The notes: generated by a model not told the origin, from the letters alone. A DNA stretch of 64,000 bases from Candidatus Iainarchaeum sp. (GCA_016699555.1 CP064981.1:155456-219455); one strand, 5' to 3'. Shown: positions 1 through 9,440, counted from the first letter of the stretch. A program made the numbers and translations.

Positions 1-215
1 CGCCGACCGTAATGAACAAGGTATTGGAACCCAACTGCTCGAACTGCTTCACAACCGCGTTATTCAATCCAGCACCCAACGAAATCAGCGTCACAATCGA
101 AGCAATCCCAATCACCACTCCCAAAAGCGTGAGATAGGAACGCAGGCCCTGATGCGTCAGATTGCGCAACGCAAAACGAAACACCTCCAGCCCGATTTGA
201 GACATAGTTGAATAC
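1..215 (-). CDS. ABC transporter permease, MacB/FtsX-like, N-terminal part only (gene continues off the window edge)
   Basis: Reverse-strand translation from the ATG at 215-213 gives MSQIGLEVFRFALRNLTHQGLRSYLTLLGVVIGIASIVTLISLGAGLNN..., which resembles FtsX/MacB permease N-terminal TM1. It lies in one operon with the upstream ABC ATPase. It is not in the ORF track because there is no stop within the window. Confidence 0.55.
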
Positions 216-229
216 CTGCCGGCAGACAG

Positions 230-1465
230 CTACTTCGCCTTCCCGTTTGTAGGCTTGCGGAAGCGGAAGTACCACACGCCCACAATGATCACTATTACGG
301 CAATCACCAACGGCAAAGGAAAACCATCCCCGTTCTGTTGAGCTAACTCCGAAGGAGAGAACACGCGCACAGGAACCGTCCTCTCGACCGTCTGCTCATC
401 GCCGAACGCATTCTGGAAAACCAATGTAATCACCGCATCATGCAAACCCGGAGACGCATCCGGAGAGACCTTTCCCTCCAACGTAATCGAATCAAAATCA
501 TCCGATTCGATGGTGCCGATGAAGAAGTCTTTCTTGGACAGATCCATCCAATCCGCTTCCGCATGGACCTCTAACAGCTTCGCAGCGCCCAAGCCCGTAT
601 TGAACATGTCGATCGTGATGGCGGCCGCATTCCCCGGAGTGGGAGCCGTATCGTACTTGGAAACAGAAACCCCCAATTGCGCCTCCGCAACCACTTTCAG
701 ACCCACATAGTCGGTCGAAGCATAATTCGTCTTGTTGGAATCATAGAAAGACATCGTAATGGGAACGAAATAAGGCTTGCTCGTCGCAGAAGGATTAACC
801 AAAATAGGCAAGTGAATCATCACCATCTCGCCCGGCGACAAACGAGGCAAATAAGCGAATGCCGCACCCAATGGGAAGATATCGCGCTCCACCACTGCGC
901 CCGTGCTCGTAACCGTACGGTCTTCGCCCACCCCTATCGTCACATCTTGCGCCGTCGAACTGCCGATGTTCTTTACCTGCAGACTCAACTCCGAACTCTG
1001 ACCCACTCCCACCGAGGTAGGAGTCGAAGAGACCACCGCCAGAATGGGCTGGCGAGCAATCACATTGATCACAAACTCCAGCTTGCCGCCGGGCTTGCCG
1101 GCAGGCCCCACTTGGATCGAAACAGGATACGCGCCATCCAACGCAGCCGCATCCACTTGCACATTATATTTCACGGTAACCGTCTGGAAGCCCGGTACCG
1201 TACCCAAATCACGAACAGGGGAATCCTGCGGATCCAACGAGAAAGGGAAATCGGTCGCAGCGCCATCCCCGCGCAGCGTCAAAACAGCCTGTGCATTCGG
1301 AACAGGAAGCTGCGAAGAATTCGCGATGAAAGCCGTGATCGTCACATAACTCCCAGGCACGGCGGGAGAAGGATCGATGTTCACCGACGACACCGTCAGC
1401 GACTGCGCATGCACCGCAACGGCAAAAAACAATACACCCAAAAAAACCAACAACAGCTTATTCAT
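230..1465 (-). CDS. Secreted surface protein with N-terminal signal peptide (MNKLLLVFLGVLFFAVAVHA), beta-rich CARDB/COG1361-like repeats and a C-terminal TM anchor; ABC-transporter-associated
   Basis: Signal peptide with AxA cleavage site; C-terminal hydrophobic stretch PLPLVIAVIVIIVGVWYF followed by a basic tail. The ATG overlaps the stop of the ATPase gene (ATGA), and the gene sits between the ATPase and permease genes. Confidence 0.55.
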   Translation of the reverse strand: MNKLLLVFLGVLFFAVAVHAQSLTVSSVNIDPSPAVPGSYVTITAFIANSSQLPVPNAQAVLTLRGDGAATDFPFSLDPQDSPVRDLGTVPGFQTVTVKYNVQVDAAALDGAYPVSIQVGPAGKPGGKLEFVINVIARQPILAVVSSTPTSVGVGQSSELSLQVKNIGSSTAQDVTIGVGEDRTVTSTGAVVERDIFPLGAAFAYLPRLSPGEMVMIHLPILVNPSATSKPYFVPITMSFYDSNKTNYASTDYVGLKVVAEAQLGVSVSKYDTAPTPGNAAAITIDMFNTGLGAAKLLEVHAEADWMDLSKKDFFIGTIESDDFDSITLEGKVSPDASPGLHDAVITLVFQNAFGDEQTVERTVPVRVFSPSELAQQNGDGFPLPLVIAVIVIIVGVWYFRFRKPTNGKAK

Positions 1466-2187
1466 TTGTAATCCCCCTTCGCTTTTTCTTTCGTCTTGCG
1501 CACTTTCTCGCTCGACTGGATAAGACCATCCTTGATATGGATGATACGCTCCGCGCGCTCTGCTACGTATCTCTCATGCGTGACCATTAAAATGGTCTTG
1601 CCTTCTTTTTTGTTCAATTCATCGATCATATTCAGGATCGTCGCACCCGACTGCGAATCCAGGTTACCGGTAGGCTCATCCGCCACGATCACATCCGGAT
1701 CCGTCGCCAGCGCACGCGCGATCGCCACACGCTGGCGTTGCCCCCCGGATAGTTCGGTAGGGCGGTGGTGCAGACGATCCCCTAATCCCACACTGATCAA
1801 CGTCCTCGCCGCGATTTCCCTACGCTCCTCCTCCGAAATGCCCTGGAACCAGAGGGGCAACATCACATTCTCCAAAGCCGTCAAACGATTAATCAAATGA
1901 AAAGACTGGAAAACAAAACCAATCGTCTTCCCGCGCACATGCGCGAGCGCATTATCATCCATCTCCGAAATCTTCTTCCCATCGATCAGGATCTCCCCGC
2001 GCGTCGGACGCAATAGGCCCGAAAGCACATCCAAAAGTGTCGTCTTACCCGAACCGGAAGGACCCGTGATGGAGACGAACTCCCCGCGCTTGATCTGTAC
2101 ATCCACGCCCTTCAACACGTGCACGGGAACCTCGCCCAATTCATAGGTCTTCGTGACATTGCGCGCCTCGATTACAAAGTCAGACAT
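1462..2187 (-). CDS. ABC transporter ATP-binding protein (MacB/LolD/FtsE-like)
   Basis: Walker A GPSGSGKTT, ABC signature LSGGQRQRVAIARAL, Walker B VIVADEPTGNLD, and H-loop. The track start at 2205 is TTG; the first ATG (MSDFVIEARNV) is at 2187. Confidence 0.9.
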   Translation of the reverse strand: MSDFVIEARNVTKTYELGEVPVHVLKGVDVQIKRGEFVSITGPSGSGKTTLLDVLSGLLRPTRGEILIDGKKISEMDDNALAHVRGKTIGFVFQSFHLINRLTALENVMLPLWFQGISEEERREIAARTLISVGLGDRLHHRPTELSGGQRQRVAIARALATDPDVIVADEPTGNLDSQSGATILNMIDELNKKEGKTILMVTHERYVAERAERIIHIKDGLIQSSEKVRKTKEKAKGDYK

Positions 2188-2234
2188 ATCGGATACCCAA
2201 TACAAGAGTGATTATAAATGCACCCAGGAAACGA

Positions 2235-2429
2235 CTACTTCCGCGCCGGGATGATGATCCAGGCAAGGATGTAGGCGATAATCCCAATGCCCCAAAACAA
2301 CGAAGCAACCACCCAGATCAGGCGAATCACGACAGGGTCGACACCCAAGTATTCCGCGATGCCACCGCATACTCCACCCAACACCTTATCGGTCGAAGAA
2401 CGATACAAACGCTTGATCGGTTTAGCCAT
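2235..2429 (-). CDS. PspC-domain small membrane protein
   Basis: MAKPIKRLYRSSTDKVLGGVCGGIAEYLGVDPVVIRLIWV... is a canonical PspC motif followed by a TM helix. Confidence 0.75.
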   Translation of the reverse strand: MAKPIKRLYRSSTDKVLGGVCGGIAEYLGVDPVVIRLIWVVASLFWGIGIIAYILAWIIIPARK

Positions 2430-2481
2430 AAAGAAAAAGGCATCGGCAGAGTTTAAGAATCAGACCCTGCCAGCCAAAAAA

Positions 2482-3048
2482 TTATTCTACTTCCAAGCGC
2501 TGCGACTCGGATTTTTGTGCGGTCTTTTTAGGGATGGAAATGCGCAGCAGCCCATTCTCGAACTTTGCACGCGCCTTTGTAGTATCCACGTTATGGGGTA
2601 AGGAGTAGGAACGGTAGAATGAAGAATAGCTGCGCGAGAAAGTCGAGGCATCCTTTTCATTCCCACGCTGCTCCGCATTCTTGTGTGCGCGCACCTCCAA
2701 TACGTTCTCATTGAAATGGAGCTGAATATCTTTCTTATCCATTCCCGGCAGAGCAATCTCCGCCTTCACTTCCGTGGGAGTCTCATACAACTCCGAGCGA
2801 GAAGAAAATAACTCGCGCGAAAGAGGATAATTCGAAAAAGGGCTCATGAGCGAGCGCGAAAAGAAACTATCACCGAAAAACGCCTCGTGCATCCGATCCA
2901 TCTGCTCCTGCATGCGATGCATCTCATCCCAGACGGAAGGCACACCACCGCGCATCACGGGAAGCCGCCCCTCGTTGTGTGCGGGCACGTCGCGTAAGCG
3001 AGTGGGTTTATTGGATTTCGGTTTTGATTTTGCTTTTCCCATCAGCAT
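2482..3048 (-). CDS. Small heat shock protein, Hsp20/alpha-crystallin family
   Basis: Alpha-crystallin domain: TEVKAEIALPGMDKKDIQLHFNENVLEVRAHK...GLLRISIPK. The track start is TTG; ATGs at 3048 and 3042 are preceded by GAGGTG. Confidence 0.85.
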   Translation of the reverse strand: MLMGKAKSKPKSNKPTRLRDVPAHNEGRLPVMRGGVPSVWDEMHRMQEQMDRMHEAFFGDSFFSRSLMSPFSNYPLSRELFSSRSELYETPTEVKAEIALPGMDKKDIQLHFNENVLEVRAHKNAEQRGNEKDASTFSRSYSSFYRSYSLPHNVDTTKARAKFENGLLRISIPKKTAQKSESQRLEVE

Positions 3049-3114
3049 CACCTCAAAAACAATTGAATAATCGCTACGCAAAACGAGAATAAAAAAATGA
3101 ATGGAAAAATAGAA

Positions 3115-3188
3115 CGAGGCCGGAGGGATTTGAACCCTCGACAGTCTGCTTAAGAGGCAGATACTCTACCAGGCTGAGCTACGGCCCC
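3115..3188 (-). tRNA. tRNA-Lys (anticodon CUU)
   Basis: Reverse complement GGGGCCGTAGCTCAGCCTGGTAGAGTATCTGCCTCTTAAGCAGA...GGTTCAAATCCCTCCGGCCTCG folds as a cloverleaf. Anticodon loop is CTCTTAA. Confidence 0.85.
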
Positions 3189-3297
3189 ATTTTTGAGTAG
3201 TGGGACTACTGCGAACGTGCATTCGCAACTTCTTTTTCGAAATTGGGTGTCGCGCAAGCGATACCCATTCTCGCAGCGGCCAGCCGAAACTGGCCAA

Positions 3298-3371
3298 CGA
3301 GGCTAGTGGGATTTGAACCCACGGCACACGGATTAAAAGTCCGCTGCTCTACCAGGCTGAGCTATAGCCCC
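3298..3371 (-). tRNA. tRNA-Lys (anticodon UUU)
   Basis: Reverse complement GGGGCTATAGCTCAGCCTGGTAGAGCAGCGGACTTTTAATCCGT...GGTTCAAATCCCACTAGCC; anticodon loop is CTTTTAA. Confidence 0.85.
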
Positions 3372-3498
3372 AATCACTACGAAAAAGGCGAAGAAACGGT
3401 TAAAAAAGACCCTATTCCGGCCCAATATAGCGCGGGTGCCGCCTTTCGCGCACCCATCCCAAGAGCAGCGTTTTATTCACCAAAACAATCCCTTCCCC

Positions 3499-4733
3499 AT
3501 GGAGAAAAAATGGATTTTCTGGGGATTATGCGCTCTCCTGCTCACATTACCCCTCATCCAAGCAGCCACCTTCGCCACCACCCTCTTCGTGTGGAATGCC
3601 CCTGCCGGGACGCGAAGCTATACCCTCACCTACGGCGCCGCCTGCAATGCCAGCGCATTCTATTTCAATGAAGTCGACGCCAACTACGACCCCGACAACG
3701 ACGGAAACGCCGCACGCATCCCCCCACCGCCACGCTCGTGAGCGACAGCAACGTACTTGGAGACAGCTACAACTATGGAGGGATAAGCTCCCCTAGCGCC
3801 GGCCCGGTATACGCCTACCAACAGACCGGACTCAATAGCGACCCCTCCGACCTGAGCGAAGTCGCGACCGAATTCACATCCGATGAATACCTCAACATCG
3901 AAAACGTCGACGCAACCTATGTCGACGTCATCGAAACGGGTAGCGGCAGTTACATCGCCACCCAATACCGCATCGACTACGACCAAGACTATCGCCGCAT
4001 CAAGAAGACCACCGTCAACTATACCGGAGGCACCTTCATCAAAGTCAACGCGAACCCATGCATCAACGACACCACCGGAAACGAAGTCGATATGCGCGCT
4101 TACGCATGGAACTGGAGAACCAATGTGTTCGATCTCATCCAAACCGATAACGATAACCAAGGAGGCGGAATCAGCAGCGCCATCTTCACCCAACGCAGCA
4201 TCTCGCTCGACACCAACATCCGCGACTACGTCAATTCCGACGCAACCACCTATTTCATGCTCGCAGCAGGCCCCGTCAACACACTCGATGGATGCATGAC
4301 ACTCGACGAGCTCGATTTCGACGTCGAATATTACCCCGACACCAACGCATTCTGCCAAAGCGCAACCATCGCACCCATCACCATCACCAATGCAGGGGGA
4401 TCCAACCTCAACATCGACGGGAACTTCTCCACCGCATTCTCAGGAAACGACACCAACCTCGTACTGAAAGTATGGCAAGGAACAGGAAGCGGATGCGGAA
4501 CAGCAGGAATGGGAGGATGGGAAAAAAGACTGCAGCGTCACAAACGCACTCACCGACCTCGGAATGACCACGTGCAGACAATACAACCAAACAAACGCCA
4601 CCAGCAATGGAAGGCTCATCAGCGCGCTCTTGCCGGGAGACTCCAACCAGCTATGCTTCTCCGGCGACATCAACACCTTCACGCGCCGCGGAACCTACGT
4701 CAAGACATTCCAGATCGGCGACTACAACAGCTG
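3499..4733 (+). pseudogene. Secreted DxDxDG-motif surface protein paralog P1, interrupted by two frameshifts (about 3716-3741 and 4522-4527)
   Basis: Three ORF-track pieces (3436-3741, 3738-4769 and the tail to 4733) align colinearly with paralog P2. The shift points coincide with a C6 run (3720-3725) and an A6 run (4522-4527; P2 has A5 at the same place). Confidence 0.6.
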
Positions 4734-4774
4734 AGGCCGCGCAGTATTTTATTGCAGGATAAGCTCTGAATGGC

Positions 4775-6025
4775 ATGCACCCCTATACGCGCACCATACT
4801 CGGAATGGCGCTCCTTGCTCTGCTGATGATTCCCTTCGCCCACGCGCTGACAGGACTCTACAGCCAGACCATGACATGGAACATCCTGGCCAACCGCAGC
4901 CACAGCATCACCTACGGCGGAAGCTGCTCCGAGACCAGTTTCTATTTCAATGAAATCGACGCCAACTACGACCCCGACAACGACGGAAACGCCGCACGCA
5001 TTGCCCCAAGCTCCATCGCACGAACGCTTGGAACCACCACTGCGCAACGCGATTACAACTTTGTTGGAGTTACCGCTCCGAGCTCGACCAATATAGGGTA
5101 TCTTGGAGAGGTTGGAGTTTCCCCACCCACCACTATCGTGCCAGTAAGCACAGAATTCACGGACGATGAATACACCAATGCCATCGCAGCCGATTCAGCC
5201 GGCGTACAAACCATATCAACGGGAGGACAATACCCCTCCTTCAAAATCACATACAAGTCCGTCGTCTTGCCCGAAAAGACAACCGCTTTATCATTTCATT
5301 TCGTTGGAGTGAACATCCATAACGCTATTTGCGACGTCGAACCAACCGCGCCAGAGAGTGAAGGAATAGAGGGCGACATTAATTTCTTCCTATGGAACTT
5401 TCAAGAAAGCGAATATGAACGCATTGGACGCCACACCGGGACAGGAGTAGAAGGGACATACCCTGTCGAAAATGTTGATCAAACATACTTCGTGGATTTC
5501 AATCTCACACGATTCATCCATGCAACGGACCGCAACATTACGCTACTCATCCAAGGATCGTCGGACGCCAGTGTATTCTCATGCCTATACGGGGACATCA
5601 TCGAAATGTACCAACAATACTACTACGACAACAACGTCTTCTGCCAAAGCGCAACCATCGCGCCATTCACCATCTACAATAACGGAAACACCGACATCAA
5701 TGTCGACGGGAACTTCTCCAGCGCATTCTCAGGAAACGACACCAACCTCGTACTGAAAGTATGGCAAGGAACAGGAAGCGGATGCGGAACAGCAGGAATG
5801 GGAGGATGGGAAAAAGACTGCAGCGTCACAAACCCACAAACAGACCTAGGAACAAGCACATGCAGACAATACAACCAATCCAACGCCACCACCGCCGGAC
5901 GCCTCGTCAGCAATCTCGGAACAGGAGACTCCAACCAGCTATGCATGTCGGGAGACATCAACACCTACGTTGCAGGCGGCACCCACGCCAAAGAATTCGT
6001 CACCAATGACCGCAACGCAACATAG
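4775..6025 (+). CDS. Secreted DxDxDG-motif (putative Ca-binding) surface protein, paralog P2
   Basis: Signal peptide MHPYTRTILGMALLALLMIPFAHA. Conserved N-module TMTW..SITYGGSCS..FYFNEIDANYDPDNDGNAARI and C-module CQSATIAP..NVDGNFSSAFSGNDTNLVLKVWQGTGSGCGTAGMGGWEKDCSVT. The central region is variable. Confidence 0.7.
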   Translation: MHPYTRTILGMALLALLMIPFAHALTGLYSQTMTWNILANRSHSITYGGSCSETSFYFNEIDANYDPDNDGNAARIAPSSIARTLGTTTAQRDYNFVGVTAPSSTNIGYLGEVGVSPPTTIVPVSTEFTDDEYTNAIAADSAGVQTISTGGQYPSFKITYKSVVLPEKTTALSFHFVGVNIHNAICDVEPTAPESEGIEGDINFFLWNFQESEYERIGRHTGTGVEGTYPVENVDQTYFVDFNLTRFIHATDRNITLLIQGSSDASVFSCLYGDIIEMYQQYYYDNNVFCQSATIAPFTIYNNGNTDINVDGNFSSAFSGNDTNLVLKVWQGTGSGCGTAGMGGWEKDCSVTNPQTDLGTSTCRQYNQSNATTAGRLVSNLGTGDSNQLCMSGDINTYVAGGTHAKEFVTNDRNAT

Positions 6026-6057
6026 CGGGTTTTATTCCACTATGCGCTTCCACCCCT

Positions 6058-7311
6058 ATGCGACCGAATAATCTTGTTGTGGCGACACTATTCCTATTGC
6101 TCTGCGCCCCCCTCATCGCACACGCCGTCGAAAGCACCACCACCATGACGTGGATCATCATGCTCAATCGCGCGCACAGCATCACCTACGGCGGAAGCTG
6201 CTCGGACACCAACTTCCACTTCAAAGAAACGGACGCCAACTACGACCCGGACATCGATGGAAACGGAGCAAAAATCAAACCCAGCGCCAATCCAGGAACG
6301 AATCCACCCGCTTCAAGCACGTGGGATGAACAATTCGTCTCCTACTCCACGCCGTGCTCCAGCACAGGAAACAATTGTGCCTTCGATGTCAACCTCCAAA
6401 CATCACTCCCAACCTCAGCAGCAACTCATAATGCGGAGTTCGTGAGCACACAATACGACAACCTCGATCCGGTAGACGGCGCGGATGCCAACACCATTGC
6501 GAGCGTATCGGGAAGATTTCCCGCGCAAAAATTCGTATTCAAACTCGCAGGGAATGTCCACCCCCAACGCATTATTGACTTCAACTTCAGCTACCAAGGA
6601 TCGGCCATCGCAATGTCGAATGCAATCACCTGCGCCGATGGAGCGGGAACGGATCGGGACATGAATTTCTATATCTACAATTACACCAACTCCCAGTATG
6701 ACCTCGTCCTACAACGCACGGGGACAGGAGCAGCATATAGTGGAAACGCCCCTCGGGACGCCAATGCATACATGAGCATCAATCACTACACCCTCAGCGA
6801 TTACGTTGGAGTCGCACCCGACAACAACATCACATTCCTCGTACGAGGGGTCGATAACACTAGCACTGGCCGCTTCTCATGCGTCATCACGGACCGCATC
6901 GCACTGGCCTATCACACATACACCGAATCCACCTACTGTCAATCCTCCACCGTAGCACCCATGCGCATACGCAACGTCGGAAATACAGCCATCAACATTG
7001 ATGGAAACTTTAGCAGCGCATTCAGCGGAGTGGACACGAATATCGTATTGAAAGTATGGAGGGGAACCCCATTCTGCGGCAATACGGGATTCGGAGGGTG
7101 GGAAAAAGACTGCAGCGTCACGAGCACCACGATAGCGCCCGGCACCACTACCTGCAAGCAATTCAACCGATTCAACGCCACCACGTCCAGCAGACTTATA
7201 TCCAGCATTGCAGTAGATGGGAACGGCAGCCTCTGCTTCTCCGGAGACCTCAACGGGTTCGTTGGAGCAGGCAACCACGTCAAGACATTTCAAACCGGAA
7301 GCGGAGTATAG
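6058..7311 (+). CDS. Secreted DxDxDG-motif surface protein, paralog P3
   Basis: Signal peptide MRPNNLVVATLFLLLCAPLIAHA. Same N- and C-terminal modules as P2 around a different central insert. Confidence 0.7.
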   Translation: MRPNNLVVATLFLLLCAPLIAHAVESTTTMTWIIMLNRAHSITYGGSCSDTNFHFKETDANYDPDIDGNGAKIKPSANPGTNPPASSTWDEQFVSYSTPCSSTGNNCAFDVNLQTSLPTSAATHNAEFVSTQYDNLDPVDGADANTIASVSGRFPAQKFVFKLAGNVHPQRIIDFNFSYQGSAIAMSNAITCADGAGTDRDMNFYIYNYTNSQYDLVLQRTGTGAAYSGNAPRDANAYMSINHYTLSDYVGVAPDNNITFLVRGVDNTSTGRFSCVITDRIALAYHTYTESTYCQSSTVAPMRIRNVGNTAINIDGNFSSAFSGVDTNIVLKVWRGTPFCGNTGFGGWEKDCSVTSTTIAPGTTTCKQFNRFNATTSSRLISSIAVDGNGSLCFSGDLNGFVGAGNHVKTFQTGSGV

Positions 7312-7314
7312 GAT

Positions 7315-8169
7315 ATGCAATATACCACCATTCTAGCAACAACACTCCTCCTCGTCATTTTGGCAGGATGCACCAGCCCGGCGAATAACCCTGCAACTCC
7401 AACACCCGATACCAACCACGGATTGGTACCCACCCCTACGCTGCCACTCCGCGAGCACGCCATATTCCAGCAATACGCAACCACCAACGGAAAGACCATC
7501 CAAGAAACCCAAACGTTCTTCCACAACAATTACGGCATCGCCGAGAATGATATATTCGCACAACTCCCTTCCGTCCCAGCCACATTCCTCCAGGACGTCA
7601 ATACGCTGCACTATGGCAATGGACTTGGAACGAACCTCATCCCACGCGAAAGCTACCTCCAACCGGAGTTTTTCCCCACATTCAGCACAACAGGCATCCA
7701 GACATGGGCCAAAGCCCCTGATCAGTTCCCAAACACCGTCGGATTATCATCCACCCCCGCCGAACAGCAAGCCACGCTCGCCAGCGATAGCAATGGGTTC
7801 ACAACCACCCTTTTCATCGGAAGCGCGTGGGGAGTGACCTACTACCAAGGCATGGCTTTCCGTTATACCATCCAACCGGCAGCCGACATCCACCTCTCAT
7901 TCGATCCACCCCACATCCTCGCAGGACCCACATTCCCCGTATTCACCCCAGAATGGATGCATAAGATCACCGTCGACGGAACCATCGGAACCGATGTAGA
8001 GGAAGGAACCTACACCATCACCATCTACCCCGCCGATGCCCCCATCGAAGTCCAAGAGCAATGGTACGACGCACACCCACGCTATGTGAGCGGAAACGGA
8101 CTCATCGGGCCCAGCGATGGACTCGCCACATTCACTCTCACCATCCCGGCGCGCAACACCACCAACTAA
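7315..8169 (+). CDS. Lipoprotein (LAGC lipobox), hypothetical; C-terminal domain shared with the 40079-41184 gene
   Basis: MQYTTILATTLLLVILAGC is a signal peptide with a lipobox. The C-terminal ~110 aa is homologous to the C-terminus of the 40513-41184 frame. Confidence 0.6.
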   Translation: MQYTTILATTLLLVILAGCTSPANNPATPTPDTNHGLVPTPTLPLREHAIFQQYATTNGKTIQETQTFFHNNYGIAENDIFAQLPSVPATFLQDVNTLHYGNGLGTNLIPRESYLQPEFFPTFSTTGIQTWAKAPDQFPNTVGLSSTPAEQQATLASDSNGFTTTLFIGSAWGVTYYQGMAFRYTIQPAADIHLSFDPPHILAGPTFPVFTPEWMHKITVDGTIGTDVEEGTYTITIYPADAPIEVQEQWYDAHPRYVSGNGLIGPSDGLATFTLTIPARNTTN

Positions 8170-8194
8170 AAACTCATCCACCCAAGCTTAGCGC

Positions 8195-8731
8195 ATGACG
8201 ACCCCGCGAATCATCGTGGTACGAATCAGCGGCAGAACATACCGTGACCTGCGCATCACCACGCACTGCGGACTGGTCGCACGCGCATTCGGCGCGGAGA
8301 AAATCATCTTGTCCCAAGACTCCGACACCTCCGTGCCCAAAACCATCCAATCCGTCGTCGAGCGATTTGGAGGAGACTTTGAAGTCGCATTTACCCCCAA
8401 CATCGGACAGCAGCTCAAGAAACTCAAGAAAGAAGGATTTACCATCGTCCACCTCACCATGTACGGCGAGAAGCTCAAATCGCACCTCCCAACACTCCGA
8501 AAGAAAAACAAAATCGCCATCGTCATCGGCGCAGACAAAGTACCGGCAAGCGTCTATCAGCAGGCCGACTACAATATCGGAATAACCAACCAACCCCACA
8601 GCGAAGTCGCAGCGCTCGCCGTAACGATGCATGAAATAATGGACGGGAAAGAAGAAGAAATCACCTTCAAGAATCGAAAACTAGAAGTCATCCCCACCAG
8701 CAAAGGAAAACGCGTTAACAAATTTTCTTAA
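8195..8731 (+). CDS. trm56: tRNA (cytidine56-2'-O)-methyltransferase aTrm56 (SPOUT family)
   Basis: Strong colinear similarity to archaeal aTrm56: RITTHCGLVARAFGAEKIIL, VVERFGGDF, VHLTMYG, IAIVIGADKVP..YQQADYNIGITNQPHSEVAALAV. Confidence 0.85.
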   Translation: MTTPRIIVVRISGRTYRDLRITTHCGLVARAFGAEKIILSQDSDTSVPKTIQSVVERFGGDFEVAFTPNIGQQLKKLKKEGFTIVHLTMYGEKLKSHLPTLRKKNKIAIVIGADKVPASVYQQADYNIGITNQPHSEVAALAVTMHEIMDGKEEEITFKNRKLEVIPTSKGKRVNKFS

Positions 8732-8777
8732 TGATCGCTTTAAATTCGTAGACCCCATAATCCTATGGGGGATCCAA

Positions 8778-9317
8778 ATGGGGCGCGCAAAAGATCTACT
8801 TAGTTTTCCACTTACCGCAGAATTCATCCAAACCATCGGCGGAGATGAAGCAGTCGATTTGGTCAAGATTTGCCTGAAGAAAAACGGCAAATGCCTAGAC
8901 GAAGACATCGAAAAAGAAATGAAACACTTGAAGATTACCGAAATCAGAAGCATCCTGAATCGCCTCCACTACCGAGGAATCGCTTGCTATAACAAGACCA
9001 AAAACAAGAATTCAGGATGGTATACCTATACCTGGGAAATCAAAAAGCGCCGCATCATCGAACTTATCCTTGAACAGCAGTCCGAACGATTGCAGAAGCT
9101 AGAAGAGAAAGCCCGATTTGGGGAAAGTCACGCGTTCTTTGCATGCAAAAAAGCATGCGAAGAGACCGCATTCGAGATTGCGGCCCAATATGAATTCCGC
9201 TGCCCAGAGTGCGGCGAGATGATGGCGCCTATCGATTCAGCCGAAAAAGCAAAGGCCGTTCAAGAGCAAATTACCACCCTGAAACAAGAATTGGACGCCC
9301 TGCAAAAGGCAGTTTAA
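8778..9317 (+). CDS. tfe: Transcription factor E (TFE-alpha, TFIIE-alpha homolog)
   Basis: N-terminal winged helix (GGDEAVDLVKI...ITEIRSILNRLHYRGI...SGWYTYTW) followed by a zinc ribbon (FACKKACEETAF...FRCPECGEMM). Confidence 0.75.
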   Translation: MGRAKDLLSFPLTAEFIQTIGGDEAVDLVKICLKKNGKCLDEDIEKEMKHLKITEIRSILNRLHYRGIACYNKTKNKNSGWYTYTWEIKKRRIIELILEQQSERLQKLEEKARFGESHAFFACKKACEETAFEIAAQYEFRCPECGEMMAPIDSAEKAKAVQEQITTLKQELDALQKAV

Positions 9318-9440
9318 CGCACATTCTTGGACAGGCACACAGTTAAAAGGAAATTGGAGCTGAAGAGTAGAACGGCAAGAATGACCGAATAAACACAAAA
9401 TATTCGTTCATTTTTTCACGTTAACTTCTAATCCAATCCT

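Noticed and set aside
3684-4358. 224-aa minus-strand ORF inside paralog P1
   Set aside because: Val/Gly/Asp-rich antisense artefact. The plus strand carries the conserved family modules.
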